A stretch of 64,000 nucleotides of DNA from positions 5,102-69,101 of the forward strand of contig JAJZPG010000014.1 of assembly GCA_021811235.1 (NCBI GenBank). Reading direction: 5' to 3'. This DNA is from Pseudomonadota bacterium. Lineage in GTDB: Bacteria; Pseudomonadota; Gammaproteobacteria; Burkholderiales; Thiobacillaceae. The notes beneath the pieces were generated by a model. That model was not told the DNA's origin, ran no database searches, and saw only the letters and a list, made by a program, of their open reading frames with translations. The position numbers were made by a program, and so were the translations under genes. Shown piece after piece: positions 9,871 through 18,357 of this stretch (its first letter is position 1; each line of letters opens with the position of its first letter).

Positions 9871-10559
9871 ACTCGCAGATTCAGCCTGCCCTGAAGAACG
9901 CGCTGCGCACCGGCGCGATCCTGCTGGTATTCGCGCTCATCGGCACTGCCATGCTGGCATTCACCCACGGCCGCACCGAACCCGTCATCACGCGCGGCCA
10001 GCTGGACGCGAAGCGCGCCCTGCTGGATCAGGTACTGCCCACCACGCTGTACGACAACGATCTGGTGGCCAGCCAGCAAAGCGTGCCGCCGGACGATCTG
10101 CTGGGCACGCGCCAGTCTTCGGCGCTGTGGGTCGCGCGCCGCGGGGGCGAGTTCAGCGGCGTGGTGCTGGAGGCGGTCGCGCCCGATGGCTACAGCGGCG
10201 ACATCTTCCTGCTGATCGGCATCGACGCCGACGGCAAGGTCACCGGCGTGCGCGTCACCGCCCACCGTGAAACGCCCGGCCTGGGCGACTACATCGACCG
10301 CGCCAAGAGCGGGTGGATCGATCAATTTGCCGGCAAGTCGCTCATGGCGCCGGAACCCAAGCACTGGAAGGTCGCCAAGGACGGCGGCGTGTTCGATGCC
10401 CGTGCCGGCGCCACCATCACCCCGCGCGCGGTGGTCAAGGCAGTCAAGAGCGCGCTCGATTATTTTGCGCGGCACCGCGCGGCATTCGCCGTCCCCGTTC
10501 GGGGACAAGCCCCCGTTCGGGGACAAGCGCCGTCCGCTGGCGAGGAGAAAGACGCATGA
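9867..10559 (+). CDS. rnfG: Rnf/Rsx subunit G
   Basis: APDGYSGDI, HRETPGLGD, AGATITPRAVV (FMN-binding Thr). Confidence 0.93.
   Translation: MNSQIQPALKNALRTGAILLVFALIGTAMLAFTHGRTEPVITRGQLDAKRALLDQVLPTTLYDNDLVASQQSVPPDDLLGTRQSSALWVARRGGEFSGVVLEAVAPDGYSGDIFLLIGIDADGKVTGVRVTAHRETPGLGDYIDRAKSGWIDQFAGKSLMAPEPKHWKVAKDGGVFDARAGATITPRAVVKAVKSALDYFARHRAAFAVPVRGQAPVRGQAPSAGEEKDA
10493..10528 (+). repeat. Perfect 18-bp tandem duplication in the rnfG 3' end
   Basis: CCCCGTTCGGGGACAAGC twice; encodes PVRGQA-PVRGQA. Confidence 0.9.
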
Positions 10560-11233
10560 TGACGATGAACGAATTCCGCAGCCTGTTCCACAACGGCCTC
10601 GTCAAGCAGAACACCGGCCTGGTTCAGCTGCTCGGCCTGTGCCCGCTGCTGGCGATCAGCAATAACGTGGTCAACGCCCTGTCGCTCGGGCTGGCGACGA
10701 TGCTGGTGATGGCGGCCTCGAGCGGCGCGGTGTCCGGCGTGCGCAACTTCGTGCCGAACGAAATCCGCATCCCGGTGTTCGTGCTCATCATCGCCGCGCT
10801 GGTCACCGTGATCGACCTGGCGATGAACGCCTTCGTGCATCCGCTCTACCTGGTTCTGGGCATCTTCATTCCGCTCATCACCACCAACTGCATCGTGCTG
10901 GCACGCGCCGACGCCTTCGCCTCCAAGAACCGGCCGCTGCACAGCGTGATCGACGCCGTCGCCATGGGATTCGGCCTGACGCTGGTGCTGATCGTGCTGG
11001 GCGCGATCCGCGAACTGGCCGGCCAGGGCACGCTGTTCTCCGGGATCGAGCTGGTGTTCGGCGAGGAGGCGAAGCGGTTCGTGCTGCATGTCCTGCCGGA
11101 TTATCGGGGCTTCCTGCTTGCCATCCTGCCGCCCGGCGCCTTCATCGCACTGGGCCTCCTGATCGCCGCGCACAACTGGAACAAGGCGCGCGCCGAGCAG
11201 CGCGCCCGCGCCGCGGTGCCGGCTGCGGCATGA
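10556..11233 (+). CDS. rnfE: Rnf/Rsx subunit E
   Basis: QLLGLCPLLAIS, IRIPVFVLIIA, FIPLITTNCIV, LPPGAF. Confidence 0.95.
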   Translation: MMTMNEFRSLFHNGLVKQNTGLVQLLGLCPLLAISNNVVNALSLGLATMLVMAASSGAVSGVRNFVPNEIRIPVFVLIIAALVTVIDLAMNAFVHPLYLVLGIFIPLITTNCIVLARADAFASKNRPLHSVIDAVAMGFGLTLVLIVLGAIRELAGQGTLFSGIELVFGEEAKRFVLHVLPDYRGFLLAILPPGAFIALGLLIAAHNWNKARAEQRARAAVPAAA

Positions 11234-11382
11234 AGCCGCCCCTGAAGCGGCGCGTGCCGAAGCCGCGCAATCCGTACGTGCCGCTGGTGCTCGCCCGCAA
11301 GGCCGGGGAGCACGAAAAAACGCCGGGCGCCCGGCGCCAGGCAGAAAAGCGCGCCCTGAAGAAACGTCTCGCCGAGCAGTGA
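11230..11382 (+). CDS. Small basic hypothetical protein (50 aa)
   Basis: MKPPLKRRVPKPRNPYVPLVLARKAGEHEKTPGARRQAEKRALKKRLAEQ; ATGA overlap with rnfE; fills the rnfE-nth gap; below the ORF-track cutoff. Confidence 0.6.
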   Translation: MKPPLKRRVPKPRNPYVPLVLARKAGEHEKTPGARRQAEKRALKKRLAEQ

Positions 11383-11392
11383 GCCGGGCACG

Positions 11393-12025
11393 ATGAACGC
11401 CGCCAAACGTCACGAAATCTTCAGCCGCCTGCGCGCGGCCAACCCCCATCCCACCACCGAACTCGAATACACGTCGCCGTTCGAGCTGCTGGTCGCGGTG
11501 GTGCTGTCGGCACAGGCGACCGACAAGGGCGTCAATTTCGCCACCCGCAGGCTGTTCCCGGTCGCCAACACGCCGGAGGCGATCTACGCGCTGGGCGAAG
11601 CAGGCCTCGCCGACATCATCCGGACCATCGGCCTCTACAAGAGCAAGGCCAAGCACCTGATCGCCACCTGCAAGTTGCTGATCGAGCGGCATGGCAGCCA
11701 GGTACCGGCCGAACGCGCCGCGCTCGAAGCCTTGCCCGGCGTGGGGCGCAAGACCGCGAACGTGATCCTCAACACCGCGTTCGGCCAGCCGACCATGGCG
11801 GTCGACACCCACATCTTCCGCGTCGCCAACCGCACCGGGCTCGCCCCCGGCAAGACGGTGCTGGAGGTGGAAAAGAAGCTGCTGCGCGCCGTCCCCAAGG
11901 AGTTCCTGGTCGACGCCCACCACTGGCTGATCCTGCATGGGCGCTACGTGTGCCAGGCGAGAAAGCCGAAATGCGGCGAATGCATCATCGTCGACCTCTG
12001 CGAATTCAAGGGGAAAAGTGTTTAA
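11393..12025 (+). CDS. nth: Endonuclease III
   Basis: LVAVVLSAQATD, HhH LPGVGRKTANV, DTH, C-x6-C-x2-C-x5-C Fe-S motif. Confidence 0.97.
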   Translation: MNAAKRHEIFSRLRAANPHPTTELEYTSPFELLVAVVLSAQATDKGVNFATRRLFPVANTPEAIYALGEAGLADIIRTIGLYKSKAKHLIATCKLLIERHGSQVPAERAALEALPGVGRKTANVILNTAFGQPTMAVDTHIFRVANRTGLAPGKTVLEVEKKLLRAVPKEFLVDAHHWLILHGRYVCQARKPKCGECIIVDLCEFKGKSV

Positions 12026-12452
12026 CCCCAGCCGCGATCAGGTCCGCCAGTTCTTCTTCGACGTCTGGACCAAGTACCGCGCCGGGCAGCCGCTGGTGGG
12101 CGCCGAGCAGCCCGCGCTGGAAGCCGTGCTGACGCACCCCGAATACCATGCCCTGCTGGAGCAGCCGGAACGCTACAAGGAACGCGACTACCTGCCCGAG
12201 GCCGGCGAGATCAATCCCTTCCTGCACCTGTCCATGCACCTGGCGGTGGCCGAGCAGTTGTCGGTCGACCAGCCGCCCGGCATCCGCGCTCGCTACCAGC
12301 AGCTGCTCGCGCGCCACGGCAACGCAATGGATGCCCAGCATGAGGTCATGGACTGCCTGGCCGAGATGATCTGGCAGGGGCAACGCCACCAGACGGCCTT
12401 CGATTCCGCGGCTTATTTGCGCTGCCTCGACAACAAGCTCGGCCAAGCCTGA
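12018..12452 (+). CDS. DUF1841-family protein
   Basis: GTG start; RDQVRQFF..W, HPEYH, NPFLHLSMHLAV.EQ. Confidence 0.75.
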   Translation: MFNPSRDQVRQFFFDVWTKYRAGQPLVGAEQPALEAVLTHPEYHALLEQPERYKERDYLPEAGEINPFLHLSMHLAVAEQLSVDQPPGIRARYQQLLARHGNAMDAQHEVMDCLAEMIWQGQRHQTAFDSAAYLRCLDNKLGQA

Positions 12453-12670
12453 ACCGTCCGAACGCGGGTAGTACTTTCGGCGCGAGCGACTTCATTTTGT
12501 CCAAAGCCGGTCGATATAAGCTTATACGAATGTACTGCAGCACCCTCTGCTGACAGTCCGCCACCCCGGTCATCGATCGATCCGGCAGGATCCGGCCACG
12601 GCAGACTGCGCCCGCAGTTCGGGAACGATAAAGGCCGCACGGGGTGTATCCGCTCAGGGAAACAGGTTGA

Positions 12671-14569
12671 TTGATGACACAGGTTGAACAACTCAAACTC
12701 AGCGGTCAGCTGCCCTCGCCCCGGGGAGTCGCCCTGGCGGTGCTTGAATTATCCCAGCGCGAAAACGCCACCCTCGGTGAAATCGCGCGCGTCGTGCAGA
12801 CCGACCCCGCGCTGTCGGGGCGGCTGATCAAGCTCGCCAACACCGCCTCGCACGCCACCCGTCCGGTGGTTTCGGTGCAGGAAGCCGTCGTGCGCCAGGG
12901 CATGTCCACGGTGCGCCAGCTGGCGCTCGGTTTTTCCCTGCTCGACCAATACCGCGACGGCGCTTGCGAAGCCTTCGACTACCAGGGCTACTGGTCGCAC
13001 TCGCTGCTGATGGCGCTGTGCATGCAGGCGCTGGGCGCACGCGTGCACGTTGCCGCCGCGGACGAACTGTTCATCTGCGGGCTGCTGGCGCAGGTGGGGC
13101 AGCTGGCACTGGCTACCGCCTACCCCGACGAATACAACACGGTGCTCAACGCACAGCGCGCCGACCCCGCGCAGCCCTTCGTCACCCACGAACGGGCCCG
13201 TCTGGAAACCGACCACATCGAACTGGGCATCGTCCTGATGACCGACTGGGGCATGCCCAAGGTCTTCACCGTGCCGCTCGCCCACTACGAAGACCCGGAA
13301 TACCAGGCCCCCTCCCACGACTCGCGTTCCCGCAACCTGATGCTGATGCTGCGCCTGTCGCATCGCCTGGCCGACCTCGGACTGGCCCGGGCCGATGCAC
13401 GTCCGCGGCTGGCGCGGGAATGGACGACGCTGGCTGCCGAACTCGACATCTCGCAGGAGGCGGCCGGCCGCTTCATCGACGAAGTCGTCGCCAGCTGGCA
13501 CGACTGGGGCGCGCAGTTGAAGATCCCGACCTCGATCCTGCCACCCTTCGCCGAGATCGACCACGGCCACGCCGAACCCTCCGAAGACGAATCGCCGTTG
13601 CGCATCGTGGTGGCGGACGGCAATGCCTTCACCCGCCGCAAGACCATGGCGCTACTGGTGGAGGACAGCAGCCATGTCGTCTATCCGGCGGACAACGGCA
13701 ACACCGCGCTGGCTCTGGCAATGGAAGTGTTGCCGCACGTACTCATCGCGCACTACAACCTGCCGCAGCTCGACGGCCTGGAATTGTGCCAGGCCCTGCG
13801 CGCCACCGACGAAGGCCGGCGCATGCACATCCTGCTGATGGACGACGGCAACGACGAGGCGCAGCTGGCGTATGCCTACGAGGCGGGAGCGGACGGTTAC
13901 GTCCCCAGCGCCCTCAGCGCCAAGGGCCTGCGCACGCGATTGAGCGCGGCACAGCGCCTGGTGCAGCTGCAGAACGCCTGGGAGCGCGACCGCGCCCAGC
14001 TGCGCCAGATCGCCGCCGAGCTGGCGGTGGCCAACCGGCGGCTCGCCAATGCCGCACTGAGCGACTCGCTGACCGGCCTGCCCAACCGCCGCTCCGCCAT
14101 GGACCAGCTGGAACAGGCCTGGAGCGCGGCGTCGCGTACCGGTGCGCCGCTGGCCGTCATGGTGATCGACATCGACCACTTCAAGCACATCAACGACACC
14201 TACGGCCATGCCGCGGGCGACATGGTGCTGCGCGAGGCGGCGTCGGTCCTGCGCACCTCGGCACGCCGCGAGGACAGCGTCTGCCGCATCGGCGGGGAAG
14301 AATTCCTGGTCATCTGTCCCAACACCGATCTCGAGGCCGCGCTGCAGTCGGCCGAGCGCCTGCGGACCACGCTGGGCGCCCGGCGCATCGTCATCGGACA
14401 GACCGAAAGCAGCATCACCACCAGCATCGGCGTGGCCGTGCGCGAAGCCGATACGGCCGACCTCGATGCGCTGGTCAGCACCGCCGACCAGGCGCTCTAC
14501 GCGGCCAAGGAAGCCGGGCGCAACCGCGTCCGCAGCGGGCCGCCCGCCTGTTCGCTCGAATCGCCCTAG
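12671..14569 (+). CDS. HDOD-REC-GGDEF diguanylate cyclase
   Basis: N-terminal HDOD (LPSP...DPALSGRLIKLAN...YWSHS), degenerate receiver domain, DIDHFK.INDTYGH..GD, RIGGEEF with an RxxD I-site. Confidence 0.88.
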   Translation: MMTQVEQLKLSGQLPSPRGVALAVLELSQRENATLGEIARVVQTDPALSGRLIKLANTASHATRPVVSVQEAVVRQGMSTVRQLALGFSLLDQYRDGACEAFDYQGYWSHSLLMALCMQALGARVHVAAADELFICGLLAQVGQLALATAYPDEYNTVLNAQRADPAQPFVTHERARLETDHIELGIVLMTDWGMPKVFTVPLAHYEDPEYQAPSHDSRSRNLMLMLRLSHRLADLGLARADARPRLAREWTTLAAELDISQEAAGRFIDEVVASWHDWGAQLKIPTSILPPFAEIDHGHAEPSEDESPLRIVVADGNAFTRRKTMALLVEDSSHVVYPADNGNTALALAMEVLPHVLIAHYNLPQLDGLELCQALRATDEGRRMHILLMDDGNDEAQLAYAYEAGADGYVPSALSAKGLRTRLSAAQRLVQLQNAWERDRAQLRQIAAELAVANRRLANAALSDSLTGLPNRRSAMDQLEQAWSAASRTGAPLAVMVIDIDHFKHINDTYGHAAGDMVLREAASVLRTSARREDSVCRIGGEEFLVICPNTDLEAALQSAERLRTTLGARRIVIGQTESSITTSIGVAVREADTADLDALVSTADQALYAAKEAGRNRVRSGPPACSLESP

Positions 14570-14573
14570 CGCC

Positions 14574-17252
14574 TCACAGCACGCGCGCAACCCGGCGCAC
14601 CGCATGGTCCTCGGGATGCGCTTCGATGCGGAAGCCGAGACCCTCCACCAGCTTCAGCATCGGCCGATTGGTCTTCAGCACCTCGCCCTCCATCGCCTTC
14701 AAGCCCTTGCCGCGCGCCACGTCCATCAGCACGTCCATCAGCTTGTGGCCGATGCCCTGTTTCTGCCATGCATCGCTCACCACCAGCGCGAACTCGCAGG
14801 ACTCGCCGTCCGGATTGACGGCGTAGCGCGCCACCCCGAGCTCGACCTCGCGGCCGTCGATCTCGGTCAGCGCCAGGAGCGCCATCTCGCGCGTGTAGTC
14901 GATCTGGGTGAGGCGCGCCAGCGCCAACGGCGACAGTTCGCTCACCGCATCCATGAAGCGGAAATAGCGGCTTTCCTCCGACAGGCCGCGCACGAAGCCC
15001 TGAGTCAGCTCGGCGTCTTCCGGACGGATCGGGCGGATGACGACGTTCTCGCCGCTGGGCAGCTGCCAGTGCGTCACCAGGTGTGCCGGATAGGGGTGGA
15101 TCGCCATGTGGCCGTAGCGGTCGGCGGTCGGCACCCGCGGCGCGATGACGATGCGCGCGTCCAGCGCCAGCGCGCCGTGTTCGTCGACCAGCAGCGGGTT
15201 GATGTCGAGTTCGGCCAGCCAGGGCAGTTCGCAGACCATTTCCGACAGCCGCAGCAGGACGTTCTCGAGCGCATCGAGGTCGGCCGGCGGGCGGTTGCGG
15301 AACGCACCCAGCAGCGTGGCGGCGCGGGTACGCCCGATGAGGTCGCGCGCCAGGTAGCGGTTGAGCGGCGGCAGCGTCACGGCACGGTCCTGGAAAGCCT
15401 CGACGTCGACGCCGCCGGCACCGAACACGATCACCGGACCCAGCACCGGATCGGAGATCATGCCCAGCAGCACCTCGCGCGCGTGCGGCCGCGCCGCCAT
15501 CGGTTCGATGACGACACCGTCCAGCACCGCGTCGGGTCGCAGGCGCTTGACCTCGGCCTGCATCTCGCCGAAGGCGGCGCGCACAGCCTGGCCGCTAGAA
15601 AGCCCCAGGCGCACGCCGTTGACGTCGGATTTGTGGGTGATGTCCGGCGAGTTGATCTTCATCGCCACCGGGAAACCCATCTGCTGCGCCATCAGCATCG
15701 CCTCCATCGGCGTGCGCGCGATCAGCGTCTGCGCCACCGGGATGTGGAAGGCCGACAGCAGCGCCTTCGACTCCACCTCGTTCAGCAGGTGCCGCCCGTG
15801 CGCCAGCGCGCTCTCGATGATCAGGCGCGCGCCCTCGACGTCCGGCTCGGCCTGCTGCGACAGCGGCCCCGGCGTCTGCATCAACTGGCGCTGGTTCTCG
15901 TAGAAGGCGGAGAGGAAGGAAAACACCTCGACCGCCGGTTCCGGCGTGGTGAAGAAGGGGATGCCCGCCGCCTTGAACAGGCGCCGTCCCTCGGCCACCT
16001 GCGCATCGCCCATCCAGCAGGTCAGCACCGGCTTGCTCGACGCCCGCGCCACGTCCACCACCGCCTGCGCCACCGCAGTCGGCCGGGTCATCGCCTGCGG
16101 CGTCAGCATCACCAGCACGCCGTCGACGGCGGCGTCGGCAAGGCAGGCCTCGACGGCTGTGCGGTAGCGCTCGGCGGTGGCGTCGCCGATGATGTCGAGC
16201 GGGTTGCCGTGTGACCAGGTCGCGGGCAGCCGGGCATCGAGCGCCGCCAGGGTCGCTGGCGCCAGCTCGGCCATGCGCACGCCGAGGTCGACCGCGAGGT
16301 CGGTCGCCATGACGCCGGGACCGCCGCCGTTGGTGACGATGGCAAGCCGGTTGCCGGTCGGGCGGATGTGCGTCGCCAGCGCGCGCGCCGAAGCGAACAG
16401 CTGCAGGATGGTGTTCACCCGCACCACGCCGGCACGCCGCACCAGCGCGTCGAACACCGCGTCCGACCCCACCAGCGCGCCGGTGTGCGACTGCACCGCC
16501 TTCGACCCCGCCTCGTGACGCCCCACCTTGACCATGACGATGGGCTTGAAGCGGGCGGTGGCGCGCAGCGCGCTCATGAAGCGGCGCGCGTCGCGGATGC
16601 CCTCGATGTAGAGCAGGATGCCCTTGGTCTGCGTGTCGTAGGCGAGGTAGTCGAGGATCTCGCCGAAATCGAGATCGGCCGACGCACCGGTGGAGATCAC
16701 GCTGGAAAAACCGATGCCATTGGATTCCGCCCAGTCCAGCATGGCGGTGCAGAGCGCACCGGACTGCGACACCAGCGCGAGTTCGCCGGCCATCGTGGCG
16801 CCCTGGCTGAAGGTGGCGTTGAGCCCGATCGCCGGTCGCTGGATGCCGAGGCAGTTGGGGCCGATGAAGCGGATGCCGTATTTTTCCGCCACCCGCTTGA
16901 CGGTTTCCTCGAGCGCCGCGCCCTTGGCGCCGGTTTCACGGAAACCGGCCGACAGCACGATGGCATGGCGGATGCCGCGCTGGCCGCAGTCCTCCATGAT
17001 CTGCGCCACCGTCGGCGCAGGCGTCGCGATCAGCGCGAGTTCGGGAATGGCCGGCAGATCGCTGGCGTAGGCATAGCAGCGCTCGCCGAACACCGTCTCG
17101 TGCTTGGGATTGACCGGGTAGACTTCGCCCTGGTAGCCGGCGTGGCGCAGGTTGCGGAACAGGGTGCCGGCGACCGAGTCTTCGCGCTCGCTGGCGCCGA
17201 AGACCGCCACCGAACGGGCATTGAACAGGGGATGCAGATAGTGCTGGGGCAT
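14574..17252 (-). CDS. pat: Acetate-CoA-ligase-like/GNAT protein lysine acetyltransferase (Pat/PatZ type)
   Basis: CoA-binding domain (GPNCLG, SQSGAL), SHTGAL, TNGGGPGVMA, ATP-grasp (DINPL), C-terminal GNAT (EFALVVSDAWQKQGIG). Confidence 0.88.
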   Translation of the reverse strand: MPQHYLHPLFNARSVAVFGASEREDSVAGTLFRNLRHAGYQGEVYPVNPKHETVFGERCYAYASDLPAIPELALIATPAPTVAQIMEDCGQRGIRHAIVLSAGFRETGAKGAALEETVKRVAEKYGIRFIGPNCLGIQRPAIGLNATFSQGATMAGELALVSQSGALCTAMLDWAESNGIGFSSVISTGASADLDFGEILDYLAYDTQTKGILLYIEGIRDARRFMSALRATARFKPIVMVKVGRHEAGSKAVQSHTGALVGSDAVFDALVRRAGVVRVNTILQLFASARALATHIRPTGNRLAIVTNGGGPGVMATDLAVDLGVRMAELAPATLAALDARLPATWSHGNPLDIIGDATAERYRTAVEACLADAAVDGVLVMLTPQAMTRPTAVAQAVVDVARASSKPVLTCWMGDAQVAEGRRLFKAAGIPFFTTPEPAVEVFSFLSAFYENQRQLMQTPGPLSQQAEPDVEGARLIIESALAHGRHLLNEVESKALLSAFHIPVAQTLIARTPMEAMLMAQQMGFPVAMKINSPDITHKSDVNGVRLGLSSGQAVRAAFGEMQAEVKRLRPDAVLDGVVIEPMAARPHAREVLLGMISDPVLGPVIVFGAGGVDVEAFQDRAVTLPPLNRYLARDLIGRTRAATLLGAFRNRPPADLDALENVLLRLSEMVCELPWLAELDINPLLVDEHGALALDARIVIAPRVPTADRYGHMAIHPYPAHLVTHWQLPSGENVVIRPIRPEDAELTQGFVRGLSEESRYFRFMDAVSELSPLALARLTQIDYTREMALLALTEIDGREVELGVARYAVNPDGESCEFALVVSDAWQKQGIGHKLMDVLMDVARGKGLKAMEGEVLKTNRPMLKLVEGLGFRIEAHPEDHAVRRVARVL

Positions 17253-17365
17253 GATGGTGATGAGGTGGCCGCCACAAGCAGGCAGGACCTATCCTAGGCC
17301 CTTCCCTGTTACGACGCCAAGCGCACGGGCGTATAGTGGGCGGCGAATTCACTGCTGCAGCTGCC

Positions 17366-18289
17366 ATGCACACCGCCTACCTCACCCATCCCAGCTGCCT
17401 CGAACACGACATGGGCAGCTGGCATCCCGAAAGCCCGGCACGCCTGCGCGCCATCGACGACCGCCTGCACGCCGCCCACCTGTTCGATTTTCTGGCCCAT
17501 CACGAGGCGCCGGAGGCGACGCGCGAGCAGCTGCTCCGCGTGCACACCGCCGCCCATGTCGATTTCATCGAATCCGCCGCGCCGGCCGCGGGCATCCGTG
17601 CGCTCGACCCCGACACCAGCATGAATCCGCACACGCTGAGCGCCGCGCGCCACGCCGCCGGCGGCGCCGTGCGGGCGGCCGACCTGGTGATGCGCGGCGA
17701 GGTGGCGAACGCCTTCGTCGCCTGTCGCCCCCCCGGCCATCACGCCACGCGCGACCAGGCCATGGGGTTTTGCATCTTCAACAACGTCGCCGTGGCGGCG
17801 GCGCACGCGCTGGCGGCGCACGGGCTCGAACGGGTCGCCATCGTCGATTTCGACGTCCATCACGGCAACGGCACCGAGGACATCTTCCGCGACGACCCGC
17901 GCGCGATGCTGTGCTCCACCTTCCAGCATCCCTTCTACCCCCACTGCGGCGCCGACACCGTGAGCGATCACATCGTCAACGTGCCGCTGCCCGCCGGCAC
18001 TGCGGGCGGCGCCTACCGCGAAGCCTTCAGCGCGCGCATCCTGCCGCGGCTCGACGCCTTCCGCCCGCAGATGCTGTTCTTTTCCGCCGGCTTCGACGGC
18101 CACCGCGAGGACGACATGGCGCAGTTCGCGCTGGTGGAAGCGGATTACGCCTGGATCACCGCGCAGGTCATGGAGGTGGCCGCGCGCCACGCCGCAGGCC
18201 GCATCGTCTCGGTGCTCGAGGGCGGCTATGATCTCAGCGCGCTGGGACGCAGCGTCGCCGCGCACATCAAGACGCTGGCGGCGTTGTGA
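17366..18289 (+). CDS. Zn-dependent histone-deacetylase-family protein
   Basis: HPESPARL, RPPGHHA, GFCIFNN, DFDVHHGNGT, SAGFDGH, LEGGY. Confidence 0.93.
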   Translation: MHTAYLTHPSCLEHDMGSWHPESPARLRAIDDRLHAAHLFDFLAHHEAPEATREQLLRVHTAAHVDFIESAAPAAGIRALDPDTSMNPHTLSAARHAAGGAVRAADLVMRGEVANAFVACRPPGHHATRDQAMGFCIFNNVAVAAAHALAAHGLERVAIVDFDVHHGNGTEDIFRDDPRAMLCSTFQHPFYPHCGADTVSDHIVNVPLPAGTAGGAYREAFSARILPRLDAFRPQMLFFSAGFDGHREDDMAQFALVEADYAWITAQVMEVAARHAAGRIVSVLEGGYDLSALGRSVAAHIKTLAAL

Positions 18290-18357
18290 GCGGCCCGTGG
18301 TCTGCCGCGGAACAGGCGGGGCCTCAGAATTGAGGCGCACCTACCGATAAGGCATAC

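Noticed and set aside
6013-12025. rnf cluster as a sign of nitrogen fixation
   Set aside because: The order rnfABCDGE-nth is the housekeeping rsx type and there are no nif genes in the window.
18324-18350. FliA-like promoter TCAG-N15-ACCGATAA before the GGDEF-EAL gene
   Set aside because: It lies only 7 bp from the ATG and overlaps the RBS, and the -35 match is weak. It would require a leaderless transcript, so it is not supportable.
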